Source of the DNA: Vicugna vicugna
Taxonomy: Eukaryota
DNA: 64,000 bases
Direction: 5' to 3'
Assembly: GCA_013265495.1 (NCBI GenBank)
Contig: MU058844.1
Span: 6,323,260 to 6,387,259, forward strand
The notes beneath the pieces are model-generated. The model made no database searches. It saw nothing but the letters and a program-made list of their open reading frames with translations, and was not told the DNA's origin. This document shows positions 13,480-24,762 of this stretch, piece by piece; positions within the stretch are counted from its first letter, which is position 1, and the number at the start of each line of letters is the position of its first letter. A program made the translations under genes and the position numbers.

Positions 13480-13645
13480 ACGTGTACAACACTTTATGCT
13501 AAATGTCAGGATCCTCAATTTACATGTGCAAAAACTGAGACTTGAGAGCTAACAACGTGCTCAAGGCCATAGCTAAGAAGTAGAAAAACTGGATTTTAAT
13601 CCATATCTCCTTCAATCAAAACTCCAGCTCATTCCACTATGCCGT
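13480..13645 (-). mobile_element. MIR SINE
   Basis: atttacatgtgcaaaaactgagacttgagag...tgctcaaggccatagctaagaag. Confidence 0.7.
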
Positions 13646-14951
13646 TCTATGTTGGTCTGTTGAATGAGGCGAGTAAGGCGGAAATTGTATTACACAGACA
13701 ATACGTTATTAATCAGTCTCCTCTAAAGTGACTTTTTTTTCAATAAAAGGAAGGTCTTCCATATTTTTTCTACAATAAAAAATCATGTCATTGTATTTTT
13801 AATACTGGCTAGTTTTATTTAATTGATTAAGTGCAGTATGCTTCTCAACTTGTATCTGCTTGATGAAGATACAAGATAATTCTCACTTTTACCACTTCAA
13901 TGACTTTAGCACTTAGAAACTGAACTTAGTGTATGGGGACATAATTTAAACTTTATGTGCTATTAAGGAAAATAAGCTGGTACATTGAAATATTCTCCAT
14001 AAGTTAGGAACATATGATTCTGCTGGACTATGCATTTAGTAAGTACTATAATTATAGAAAGTGTGCAACATATAATAATAAATTATGACTTCACTATTTC
14101 TCAAATATTCCATATCTTTCTCTAAATGAAGTGTTTCCTCTATAAATGTTAACTGCCCTATTTTTTCATGTTTTCCTCATTTTCAGAGATTTTCCTGCAA
14201 TTTCACTTCAAGGATTGATTCAAGTGCAGCTGTGGTTTTTAAGGAGGTGTTTACACCACTTCTTGCACGGAGTTCATCCATCATATTCTACTCACATATT
14301 TCATGAGTTACCATATAGAATGACAGTGGCCAATGCATAGGACTCCAGAAATGCAACATCCATAAGGAAAAGTTGAAGTCAACCAAATCTAAACATAAAT
14401 ACGGGGAATACCGCTATATGACCTTTTGCTCAAATGAGCGTAAAGATGTTTAAGATTTTAGTTCCCAGCAAGGTTTAATATTGAATATAAGCTCTATACT
14501 GAAAAGACATTACTAAACAGAACTGAAACAGAAGATTTACGTCTCTCTCCACAAATCACTGTTTCCCATGAGTTTGACATTCCTACATCCCATCCTTTGG
14601 TTCAGAAAGATCTTTTCAAAGAACAGAAAATTTCATGCTCCCTTCCAAAAACCTAGGTTGATTGCTTCTCCTTCCCACAGAATAAGATTAAAAGGGCTGT
14701 ACTACAGCATCCCCAAACCCTTCAAGATTGGGCATGAATATTTATTCAGCCTTATCTCATTTTTTTCCCACAGCAGAACGACCATTGTATTTACTATACC
14801 CCCAAAATATTGCATAGACAATCAAATTATGCAAATTTTGTACAGACTGTGTCAATGCAAAGCATAGAGCCTGGCAACAACAATAAATAATTGTTGTTAA
14901 AATCTAGCAGATATGCTTCCCCTTCAGTGCTTATTTACCTATTAGCCATGC

Positions 14952-15449
14952 TTGTGGTATATTTGTACAATGGAATACTACTCAGCCTAAAAAAGGATGA
15001 AATAACACCATTTGCAGCAACATGGATGGACCTAGAGATCGTCATTCTTAGGGAATGAGCCAGAAAGAGAAAGAAAAAATATCATATGATATCACTCATA
15101 TGGGGAATTTAAAAAAAGAGAAAAAAGGACACTAATGAACTCATCTACAAAACAGAAACAGACTCACAGACAGTAAACCACCATATGGTTACTGGGGAAA
15201 GGGGTTGGGCAGGGATAAATTTTGGAGTTTGAGATTTGCAAATGTTAGCCACTATATATAAAAATAGATTTAAAATTTTTTCTTCTATATAGCACAGGGA
15301 ACTATATTCAATATCTTGTAATAACCTTTAATGGAAACGAATATAAAAACATACATGTATGTATATGCATGGGACTGGGACATTGTGCTGCAAAACAGAA
15401 ATTTACACATTGTAACTGACTGTACTTCAATTAAAAAAAAAAAACAAAA
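14952..15449 (+). mobile_element. Relatively young 5'-truncated L1 (ORF2 end, 3' UTR, poly-A); artiodactyl/camelid-like
   Basis: tggaatactactcagcc, tttgcagcaacatggatggacctagag, aaacagaaacagactcacagac, tatagcacagggaactatattcaatatcttgtaataacc, ending acttcaatt plus an A tail. Confidence 0.92.
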
Positions 15450-15660
15450 CTCCAGTTTAAATGCAACCTCTATCTGAAGCCATTCTATTTAGTCCAGGCA
15501 GGGCTAGTCACTCCCTTCTCTGTACTCTCATCAAATCTCTAATGGAACACGTTATGCATTGCATTCAAAGTTTGTGGCTACACGTGTGGCTCCCTCACTG
15601 GACTGTGAGTTCTGTGAAAATAGGCACCCTGTCTTCTTCTTCTTCAGATGCCTAGTGCGA
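15450..15660 (+). mobile_element. L2 3' fragment
   Basis: tttaaatgcaacctct...ctccctcactggactgtgagttctgtgaaaatagg. Confidence 0.6.
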
Positions 15661-15819
15661 ACTCTCAATTCTGTATCTGAAACTTTGCCTTGATGAAATC
15701 TAAAGTCTTCTGGATTTTAGAAAAATAATGTGGCACACACAGTATGTAATCTATAAGAGCACAACCAGGTATCGGGGGCTGCACCTGTAATCACCCTGGT
15801 ATTTCTGCAGTGAATGTAC

Positions 15820-16157
15820 TGTGGTACTATTAGTGCCATTTACCAAATGCACATCGCCCCTCTTCTCTACCAGGCACAGACTAGGATTACCCTTCTTGTA
15901 GTTGGGAGAAGCCATGTGACTAGTTCTGTTTGTGAGGCTAAGTGATGTGTGTCATTTCTAAGCTCAAGTATTAATCGTTACTGCAAGATTCTCCAGAGTT
16001 CTCTGGTGTGGCAGCCAGCGGTGTTTGAGGTGGTGGACGTTCTATCAGCCCAGGTTCTTGAGCGACTACGCCACACCATAGCGGACGTGTTGTTTTAAGC
16101 CACTATATTTGAAGGTTGTTTATTACCACAGCATGGTTCAAGTTCATCCTGATATAT
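15820..16157 (+). mobile_element. MaLR LTR (MLT1H/I/J-like)
   Basis: Starts tgtggta; contains gccatgtgactagttctg, agtgatgtgtgtcatttc, tgttgttttaagccactatatttg and ttattaccacagcat. Confidence 0.75.
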
Positions 16158-16699
16158 AAATATACATTCCTACTAAATTGACAAAAAAAAATGACTATAC
16201 ACATCAAGTTATTTCAGATCATGTTTTGTAATCAAATGTAACCAAATGATTTATTTGGATCATGCTGGGTTTTTCTACCAAATAAGTTGCCAAAAAACTG
16301 TCAGTTTTCAGAGTTTCATAATTTTGAAGTTATGAAAAAGGCACTGTGAGCCAGTGTCTGACAGACTTACAGCAGGCACTAGAGCGAAAAACAGTAAGCA
16401 TTAAAAGGAAAGGAAGGCTCTTTGTGAACACAGGGGCATGAACTTTTTGATATTTTACTTGCTTGTTTTATAAAAATTATATGTGTAAATGGTAAGAAAA
16501 ATAAAACAGTGTGGCCTCACTAGTATTAATTTTTGGCTTTATTTTTTGCTGCTCCTCACTGGAAAGTAAAGAAAAACTTTAGATGCATGTATGGTGCAGG
16601 AATGTCATTTACATGGGGAAAATGTCCCACAGCCATTAGGACTTCCATACATACAGGAATAGAAATCATTGTCCTTCTCCACATGTGATTTTATTAGAT

Positions 16700-16935
16700 A
16701 AATTCATTAAGGACCCACTACCTGTAGGTACTATTTAAGTACTTTATTTGTATTAACATATGGAAGCATAAAAATAAATCTGCAGGGTAAGTATTATTAT
16801 TAGGCCAATTGTATACTATTAGGCCAGAGTCTAGAAGCAAAAAGGAAAGCAACTTGTCCAAGATCACAGAGTTAGGAGGTAGGTGGTACCCAGGCAGTCT
16901 GACCTCAGAACCTGTGCTCTTAACAGCTATACTAC
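16700..16935 (-). mobile_element. MIR SINE
   Basis: aagcaacttgtccaagatcacagag...acccaggcagtctgacctcagaacctgtgctcttaac. Confidence 0.8.
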
Positions 16936-17309
16936 AAGAGTTGTGTGGTAACGCTCAACCTAAGGAAACAAAAATACTCACTAACATTTCTTTCATTCCA
17001 TTTATCCTGAGTCTTATTTGTCATGACTTTAATCATTTTTTGGTTCCCCATTGAAATTCTCTTTGAGTTCTTTGATCCCAGGTGGTTTACCCCAAAATCT
17101 ATGAAAAGATCAGAATCAGAAGAAAATGACTTAACACAACAGTGTTACATTAGCATTGCCTTTTAAAATACCTTTTCTATGTTGCTGATCCATGCTTTAT
17201 TCCCCAGTCATTAAATACAAAGTCTGTATTTGCAGAAAGCCTAATCATGGACGTCCATCTTTCTATTTCAAAATGTCTTTCAAGAAACACTCATTACCAC
17301 TGAATGCAT

Positions 17310-17550
17310 AATAATAAAGTCATGCCAGCTACTATTTATTGAGCACACAATATCTGAAAGATGTAATACTAGGCACTTTGCATGCATCACATCACTTGGT
17401 CTGTACAACAGTCTTTCAAGTTTTGTGTTCTCAATTCTATTTTACAGACGAGGAAACAGACTCAGCCTAGACTTAGTAATTTACTCAGAGGTAGAAGAAT
17501 TATTCCAAATGAGATCAGCCTAACCTCAAAGTCTATGCTCTGTACTCTAT
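17310..17550 (-). mobile_element. MIR SINE
   Basis: agctactatttattgagcac...ctattttacagacgaggaaacagactc. Confidence 0.8.
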
Positions 17551-19691
17551 GGGATGTCATTTACCTGGCCACTTCCCAGGTAAATAAACTAAAAATAATT
17601 CCACATAAAAGTTTTGGAGTTATGCCTCTTTTTTCATATCTCAAGAAAAACACCATAATAGTTGATTTTAAAAAAAATGCATTCCACTCCAGTATGTATT
17701 TTTTAAATAAATGCATTAATGAATATTCTTCTTTTGGAAAGCTCTAACAAGTCAATTCATATGGTAACGGTGGCACATAAACTGGGAAATTGTGGTTTGA
17801 TTTCTTTGGAAGTTTATGTTATACAATTCAAATTTAGAGTAAGTCCTCTCAAAGAGGTATAATCATTTCTTCAGCTACAAACCAGGTACTTTTCACTTTA
17901 AAATGAAGTCCATATGGATAATGCCTGTACAAAGAAATACGGTCTCCTTAGCTCTTCCTGGGGAGAGTATATGTCAATATGTGTTTTCTGTAAGTGATTA
18001 GCATCGACAAACCCAGTGCATACAGCACTCTAAAGAGCTTTGATGAACTGAGGTTTAAAAGGTGCATATTATTTTTTTTAAATCCTGCATCGCATAGTTC
18101 AAAAGATGGTTTGGTAGAGAATATGATAACACCTTCACCGAGAAATCTATTTCTAAAAAATTTTGTTGGTTATTTATCTGCAGATACTGCCTAGTTTAGG
18201 CACAGAAATAACTCCTAAGCAACTAACTTCAGAAACACTCATGTCTAAGAGAATACCAGGAGCAGCAAAAAACCCCTAAAAGAGCAATAAAATACCTTTC
18301 CAGAGAAACCAAATCCAGATTCCATACCATAATTCAGGCAGCACAGCCCATCATAAACAAAAATTCATTATGCCTGCTGTGTGGAAAAATGTTAAGTAAG
18401 AAGAAATAAACAGAGAATGTTTTAACAAATCATATTAGCCAAATGAAAAAAAAAAAAAAGAAAGAAAGAGGATAAAGCCACAGTTCTGAATGAGTCTGCC
18501 AATAAAGCTTAAAACCGAGCCAAAATTTGGAAGAAATCTAAACATAGCCAGACCAAGTCTGAGTCTTCCTAAGATATTATATTATGGATTTTTTCCTTCC
18601 AACTATTTCCTTTAGGTTTAAGGGGAAACGCTGACCAGATCTAGAGATGTGATACTAAATGCACACAGAATGAATCTGAGCCTAAATTACGGGTGCAATT
18701 GAATGAAATTTAGAGACATGAAACAGAGCATCGTTCTCACACAAGAATTACGAAATACATAAGGAGAAGATGAAAATGCTTGTAGTTCTAGAGTGTTGCC
18801 TTTTAAAAAGTCTAAAAATGGCTGTTTATAACCCAGTCCTCCAGCAATGGGGAAAGCATAAGTAGATGCAGTATGTATATTCCTCAGAAGTTCAGTAGCA
18901 TGTTCAACATGTTGTTAGGAACGTGTGATAAAATGTCTTGGTCAGCATAGACAATATAATCAAAATACTTTCTTATTTGACATCACACACGCAATGACAA
19001 TTAGCTGCCTGAGAAAATAAAAAGAAAATCCCCATCGTGAAAAAAATTCTGTTATTTGGAGAACCAGGCAATCATTCATTTCTCTTCCAGCCGGTGGTAC
19101 TTTGGTCTGGGACTCACTGCCTAAGGTGAGTGGACAGATATAAACTGACTTCGCTCTATGGCTGAGAACCTTCTCTTCGTGTGCCACTCAGTGTCCCACA
19201 GCTGTGGTCTTGGAAGAGGGAGAAGGGATAAGACGAAGTGCGGAGAAAGAAGAAGAGAAAAAGGAAAGGAAGACATCTTACAGAAGCAGGCAGAATCTAA
19301 CCTCCTCACCTCTGCGGGGGGGAGATTGGGAGGTTAGGCATGCGTTTCTTTCTTGGGCAATGTTTCTTAGATGTGTACGGAACGAACTCCGCTGCAGTGC
19401 TAGGCTGAATATCTCAATGTGTCTTTATGAATTATCCTGCAATCTTAACCATGGTTTTAACATTGTTTATTTACTACAGGAGAATAAAAGGTCTATGAAG
19501 TTGCAATTAACCAAATTAGGGAGATGTTCTTTGAGCACAAGTCCTTTAGAAATTGTAGTATATTTATATACTAGTGTGGAAAGCCTTGAACTAAATATTA
19601 TCAATGTATCAATCTCAACAATTGAAAGTGCTCACTCTCTGTTCATAATTAGGACATCCAAAAGAAACAAAAGATTTAATTATCTGAAAAT

Positions 19692-19731
19692 TATAATTGA
19701 TTAGATGATTGTATAATTGATTAGATGATTG
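19692..19731. repeat. Perfect 20-bp tandem duplication TATAATTGATTAGATGATTG x2
   Basis: Identical copies at 19692-19711 and 19712-19731. Confidence 0.97.
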
Positions 19732-22700
19732 TCTACTTCAGTGTTGACTTCTAAAAATAATGTTGTAAATATTGAATTCTTTCCTCACGGATACATTTTT
19801 GAACTAGATGTGTGCTTTGAAACAATCTGTGTTTCTTCGTATACTTATACCTCCATATACTCCAGTGATCTTAAAGAGGAAAAGAGACAACAGAGAAAAT
19901 GAAAGAAAAATGTGGAGCACATCTTGCCCTGCACACCTGCCTTGTCGTTCCACGTCCAGAGGAAATTCTCTCTCTCTGTTCCTTTCTTCTCACTTTTCTC
20001 TTGGATATTCTATACCTCACCCCTTGTATTTAAATCATTGTTTTCCAGTCTCCTCTAAAAGAAGACCGAGGATGGATGGTGGAGGGAGAGAGAATATAGA
20101 AGGGAGAATCTCAGTGAAGACCATGAGGCAGTTCTGAGACTCAGTTAGGTACACAGGTGTCATTCACACAGATAAAACTACATATCTGTGTGTTCATTAT
20201 GGCCTTAATCCTCAATCAGGGGCAGCAGGCAGCGGGTTATCTGGTCAATTTTTAAAGAAGATAATTTTTTTTTAATCCCCAAGTCTGATTTTTAGTGAAT
20301 GTATAGTTTCATTCTCTTCCTCAGTGCCTTTATCTTACTAGAAATACTAAAAAGTTGAAATAAGGACTTGAGTTTCCCCTCTTTCTTCAGTAAAATAAAT
20401 GTGTGTGTTTATGTATGTAAATCATGAAGAAGGAACAGTGAGTCCACAGTGGAAACATTAGACTTAAAAAATTAGACTCAGAAAAGCTGATATATGGTTA
20501 ATTCGTAAATATTACAGGACATGGCTTGTGGACAATTTTTTTTTCTCATAATTAAATCCAGCCCTATTCTGACACACAACAAGTTTTGAAGATTATTGAA
20601 TTCAGTCAAAAAAAACTGGTTAGTAACCTTGTTTATTGCTCAATTATTATCAAAGACTTTCATATTTGCCTAAACTTTCTAAAAATTATTTTTGTTTTGA
20701 AACAGGCTTAAAGAAATGCATCTATTAACATGAAGCTAAGACCGACCAAGAGCTCCTTCTTAGGTCTTAAAATAAAATCCCAGAAAACAAATATATGATT
20801 ATTTATTTTCATGACATCTACTGTTTCACATCATTTAAATGCTATCAGAATAAAAATTATAGCAATGAATCTGTTTCAGGCTTATAGCTAAATATTCCAG
20901 TTTAAATAGACATTCTTCTATGTGCATTCAACAAAAGCTTTCCTTATACTATACTCAAGGCCAACAACTTCTAGTTAATTTACTGAAACTGAAATGTCCA
21001 TATTTATATTATTAATAAATCATTTATGCTTCCATAGGCACAGAAACAAATATTTTGCTGTTTGATTAGATATATTTAGGAATTACAGCTTTCTAACTTA
21101 GCCAGATTACATTAGAGATTTAAGTGACGGTCTTTATAAGCAAATACAACATGGAACTACTAACAAGAGGAAAGATTCAAAATTAGAATAAAAAAGAAAG
21201 ATGAGGATTGCTTCTCGAAAAAGCTGTTTTGCGAAATAACCTATGTTATTTTTAACTTTTCCATATCCTGTTTGGGGGGAAATGTTTGTTTTTTATGCTT
21301 TGCAAATCATATACAAGGTTATTGTTTTCACACATAAGATAACATCAGATTACTGGAAAAAATAATTACACCGAACAAATGTTTCATATAACAAAAATTT
21401 AAACTTTTTTAAAGCTATTTAAGTTACTCAGGTATATTGTATAATCTGTCCTGAGAATAAAAACCTGAGTTGGTCAAATTAATCAAATAATGACCCCAAT
21501 TTTGATATTTTACTCTGCATTTTAGAGAGCAAAAGCATGATCATCTTAAAAATTCATTAGAAATGTAAAAAACTTCTTGTATTTATGCTTTGGTTAAAGA
21601 CCCACACTTGTGATACTAAAACTTAAACTTTGCATTATCGGTGGAATTGCTATTCATGATTATTAGCATTCTAACTTTTAATCATTGTTACTCGGGGTAA
21701 CAAAATATGCTTAAGAGTAGAATATATACAGAAGCAAGCAATTTTTAATCCCCAGACAACACAGATAGAAATATGCAGAGAATGGGATAGAAAGATACAG
21801 ACGCAGTTGTGTGCATACCCAGTGTTCGCGGCTCCCCGCCGGTCGGAGACACAAACACAAACCCGCGACCTCACAACTGCACCCACTCACAGACATAGTT
21901 CTTTCCCTTTTCTCTTCTTTTTTGTTCTATTCTTTACTCTGCCCACAAATGTGTATTTATGATAGACAGATGCATAAATACACTTTTAGATGGTTTTTAC
22001 TCGTCAAAGTACTATGGTCCTTGGATGGATTTAGTCAATTTTAGAAGCTGCACAGGAAAGGCTTACAAACAGATAAGGAGGATTTGCACCACTTTTTAAT
22101 ATCTATATTCGTAGGTATAATGTATACACATTCATATAAGTAGACATCCACAGAGCACATGTTACCAATTAAAAGCTACATAAACTTAAATCTAAGTGAA
22201 AGCTTCAAAGCTTGTCAGCCTTTGGAAAATGTACATTGCCTTTAATTCAATGAAGAAAGCAAAAAAAAAATACTTTTCATAAATAAACACAAGGATTCTT
22301 TTATATTTACCTTTTTTCTGCAGATCTATAAAGTCAGGGAGGGGAATAGGCAAAGATGAACGATTTCCATTTTTTGCTAAGTATCATCTAATGTAAGAAC
22401 TAATTTCGTGGAGGCATCCTTCTCTGAAATCAGGTTTCATCTTTCTTGCCGCCATTTGTCTATGGTCTTTTTTTTGGTTCCTGTTAACTCAAAATTTTAA
22501 TTTTGAAAATTAGAAGGCAAGTATTCACCTAGGCGCCTACTAAATAAAAAGAACTCTATGAAATACTAAAGGAATAAAAAAAATATTCTGTGGAATCTAT
22601 AATCTAGCAAAGGAAACATTTGCATGTTGAGCTCACTATAATGAATGAAGTAATGGAGGTGTGATCGAAGTGTAATTTCAGGAGAGAGTCCAACTAGGGG

Positions 22701-23499
22701 GCTGAAAAGCTGGAGACGTCACAGATACCTTTTTTTAAGAAACAGTAGCAGGCGATTTCAAAGAAAATGTCATAACCTGAAATTTACAAAAAAAAGAAGT
22801 CGGGGAACCATGGCGTGTCATAACAAACAAGACGCGGAGTGGTGATGCCTAGTCACATAAAGCAGCGTGATGCTTCGACTGACTTAATCAGTTGAGTGTA
22901 CTCGATGATTGACGTGACCAGGACAGACAAAACAATACCGCCTGTTTGTGTGTGTAAAGAACCGGTGTGTACATGTGGATACTCTGCACAAGAGAGATGC
23001 GTAGGTGATCCAAGGGACTGTGTTCTATTTAAGGATCAGATTGCTCTCTTTACCCTGCAGAAACGAAGAGACAGGTAAAAGGGAAATGGAATTATTATTA
23101 AGGAAATACAGAGAGGAACTCCACAGAGTTAGTGGTAAAGAGCTAGCGGGTCGAAGGTTAAAAGAAAGCAAGTTTTGACAAAGTGGAAGGAAAGAAGGAA
23201 AAAGAGGGAGGGAGAGGGGGAGAGAAGGGGGAAAAGTGTGTATTGATCAACACAGAGAGAAATAGGAACTACTGAAGACAGACGAAGGAGAAACATCTGT
23301 GAGTGCCGTATGGGGTGGGGGGCCAGGCGGAGGACAGGCGACCCTATGCCCACAGACCATGTGGCTCCCACTAAAATGCTTTCTCTGATTGTGTGAACCA
23401 AGAAAAATTTTCAGTTTATTTATGCTTGTCTAGTAAGTCTTTTGGGACACAGGTTCTATGTTTTAAGCATTTTAAAAGTATAGCTCTCTTCCACTCTAG

Positions 23500-23680
23500 T
23501 GTTTCCCCTACTTCATCTTTCTTTTTTTTTTTAACATAGTACATATTTCTAACATATCATGTTTTCACTTACTCCTTTAGAATATAATCTCCGTGAGTCA
23601 GAGAATTCTGTTTGTTTTATTCATTGCTGTATACCAAGCATCAATAAATAAATATTTGTTGAATGAATGAACTAATGAAT
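23500..23680 (+). mobile_element. L2 3' end
   Basis: tagaatataatctccgtgagtcagaga...ttcattgctgtatacc...aataaatatttgttgaatgaatgaa. Confidence 0.85.
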
Positions 23681-23689
23681 TCTATAAAA

Positions 23690-24530
23690 ATTGCATCTCT
23701 GCTGTGTTCCAGATACTGTGAACAAAAGGGACATTACCTCTATGTTCGTGGAAAGCTACAGTGCAATGAGGAGATGGACACAGGAGCAGCTCTAATAACC
23801 CATGGTAAGTGCTAAAACCAGCGAAATAGAAGGTGGGGAGACAGAACAGAACCACCTACGTCAGTTTTGGTAAATGGTCAGGAGGATCTCATATAAATGA
23901 CTTTTAAGTTAGAACTAGAAGTATGGAGGGAACTAAACAAAGAAGAGCGAAAGACAACATATTTTCCAGGCAAAGGTAATAGAAAAGAATCTCAAAGTGA
24001 AAGGAGAAGTTTGGATGCCTTTCAAGACTGAGAATAACTACAAGGAAAAGTTTTCGCGGTGAAGGTTATAAGACTAGATCATTTTCAGATCAGGATCTGC
24101 AAGCAATTCATGGACTTGCAGAGTCCTTCTGAGACTGGCAAGCAGATTACCTGTATTAGTATTGAGTCAGGAGTTAAGGATGAAGTCACCATTGCAGATG
24201 CTTCAATAAGCCTTTTTAATAAGTTGACAAATCAGTTAGGTTTTAAAAAAAGAAAAACAAACAGGAATTCAACAACAGTTGGCCATGGGCTGGAGCACCA
24301 GGTGAGAAAGGCTAGAAAGGTTAGCAGAGGCTGGATCACAGAAACCCTCCTCAGCTGTGTTCCAGGATTGTGACTTTAACCTAAGGCACCTGAGGATGCT
24401 GAAGAGTGAAGCAGAGAAGTGATCTGATCAGATGTGAGTTTTTCACTCGACTGCAAAACAGAGGTGGGCTATGGATCATGACAGAGTGAACTGGAGGCAG
24501 AGATGCAGTAGTCTAGGTAGACACGGTAAA
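23690..24530 (-). mobile_element. Fragmented L2
   Basis: ctgtgttccagatactgtgaacaaaa, attttccaggcaaagg, gcagagaagtgatctgatcagat and ctggaggcagaga. Confidence 0.6.
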
Positions 24531-24723
24531 TAGATTACAGTTTTAGTCCAATGTGGAAAAATTTTGCTTTTCATCTTGTTTTATGTGGAATGTTTAGAAA
24601 CAACTTTCTCTTCAAACTAATGTTTGTCATTAACTCATGAAAGATACATTCAGCATGACCTTAGAGCATCTTCCTGTCTCTCTTACTCTCTGCTCGTTCG
24701 TTCTTAACCTTCATACATACAAT

Positions 24724-24725
<2 letters not shown>

Positions 24726-24760
<35 letters not shown>
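24726..24760. repeat. (CA)17 microsatellite
   Basis: Perfect CA run. Confidence 0.97.

Positions 24761-24762
<2 letters not shown>

Noticed and set aside
16190..16355. Possible old Tigger-like DNA transposon fragment
   Set aside because: The resemblance is too weak to assign from memory.
16798..16826. 10-bp direct repeat tattaggcca
   Set aside because: A small slippage or repair scar within a MIR; no functional implication.
19204..19704. 166-aa ORF, the longest in the track
   Set aside because: Non-ATG start, low-complexity N-terminus and no recognisable domain; the length is plausible by chance in 64 kb.
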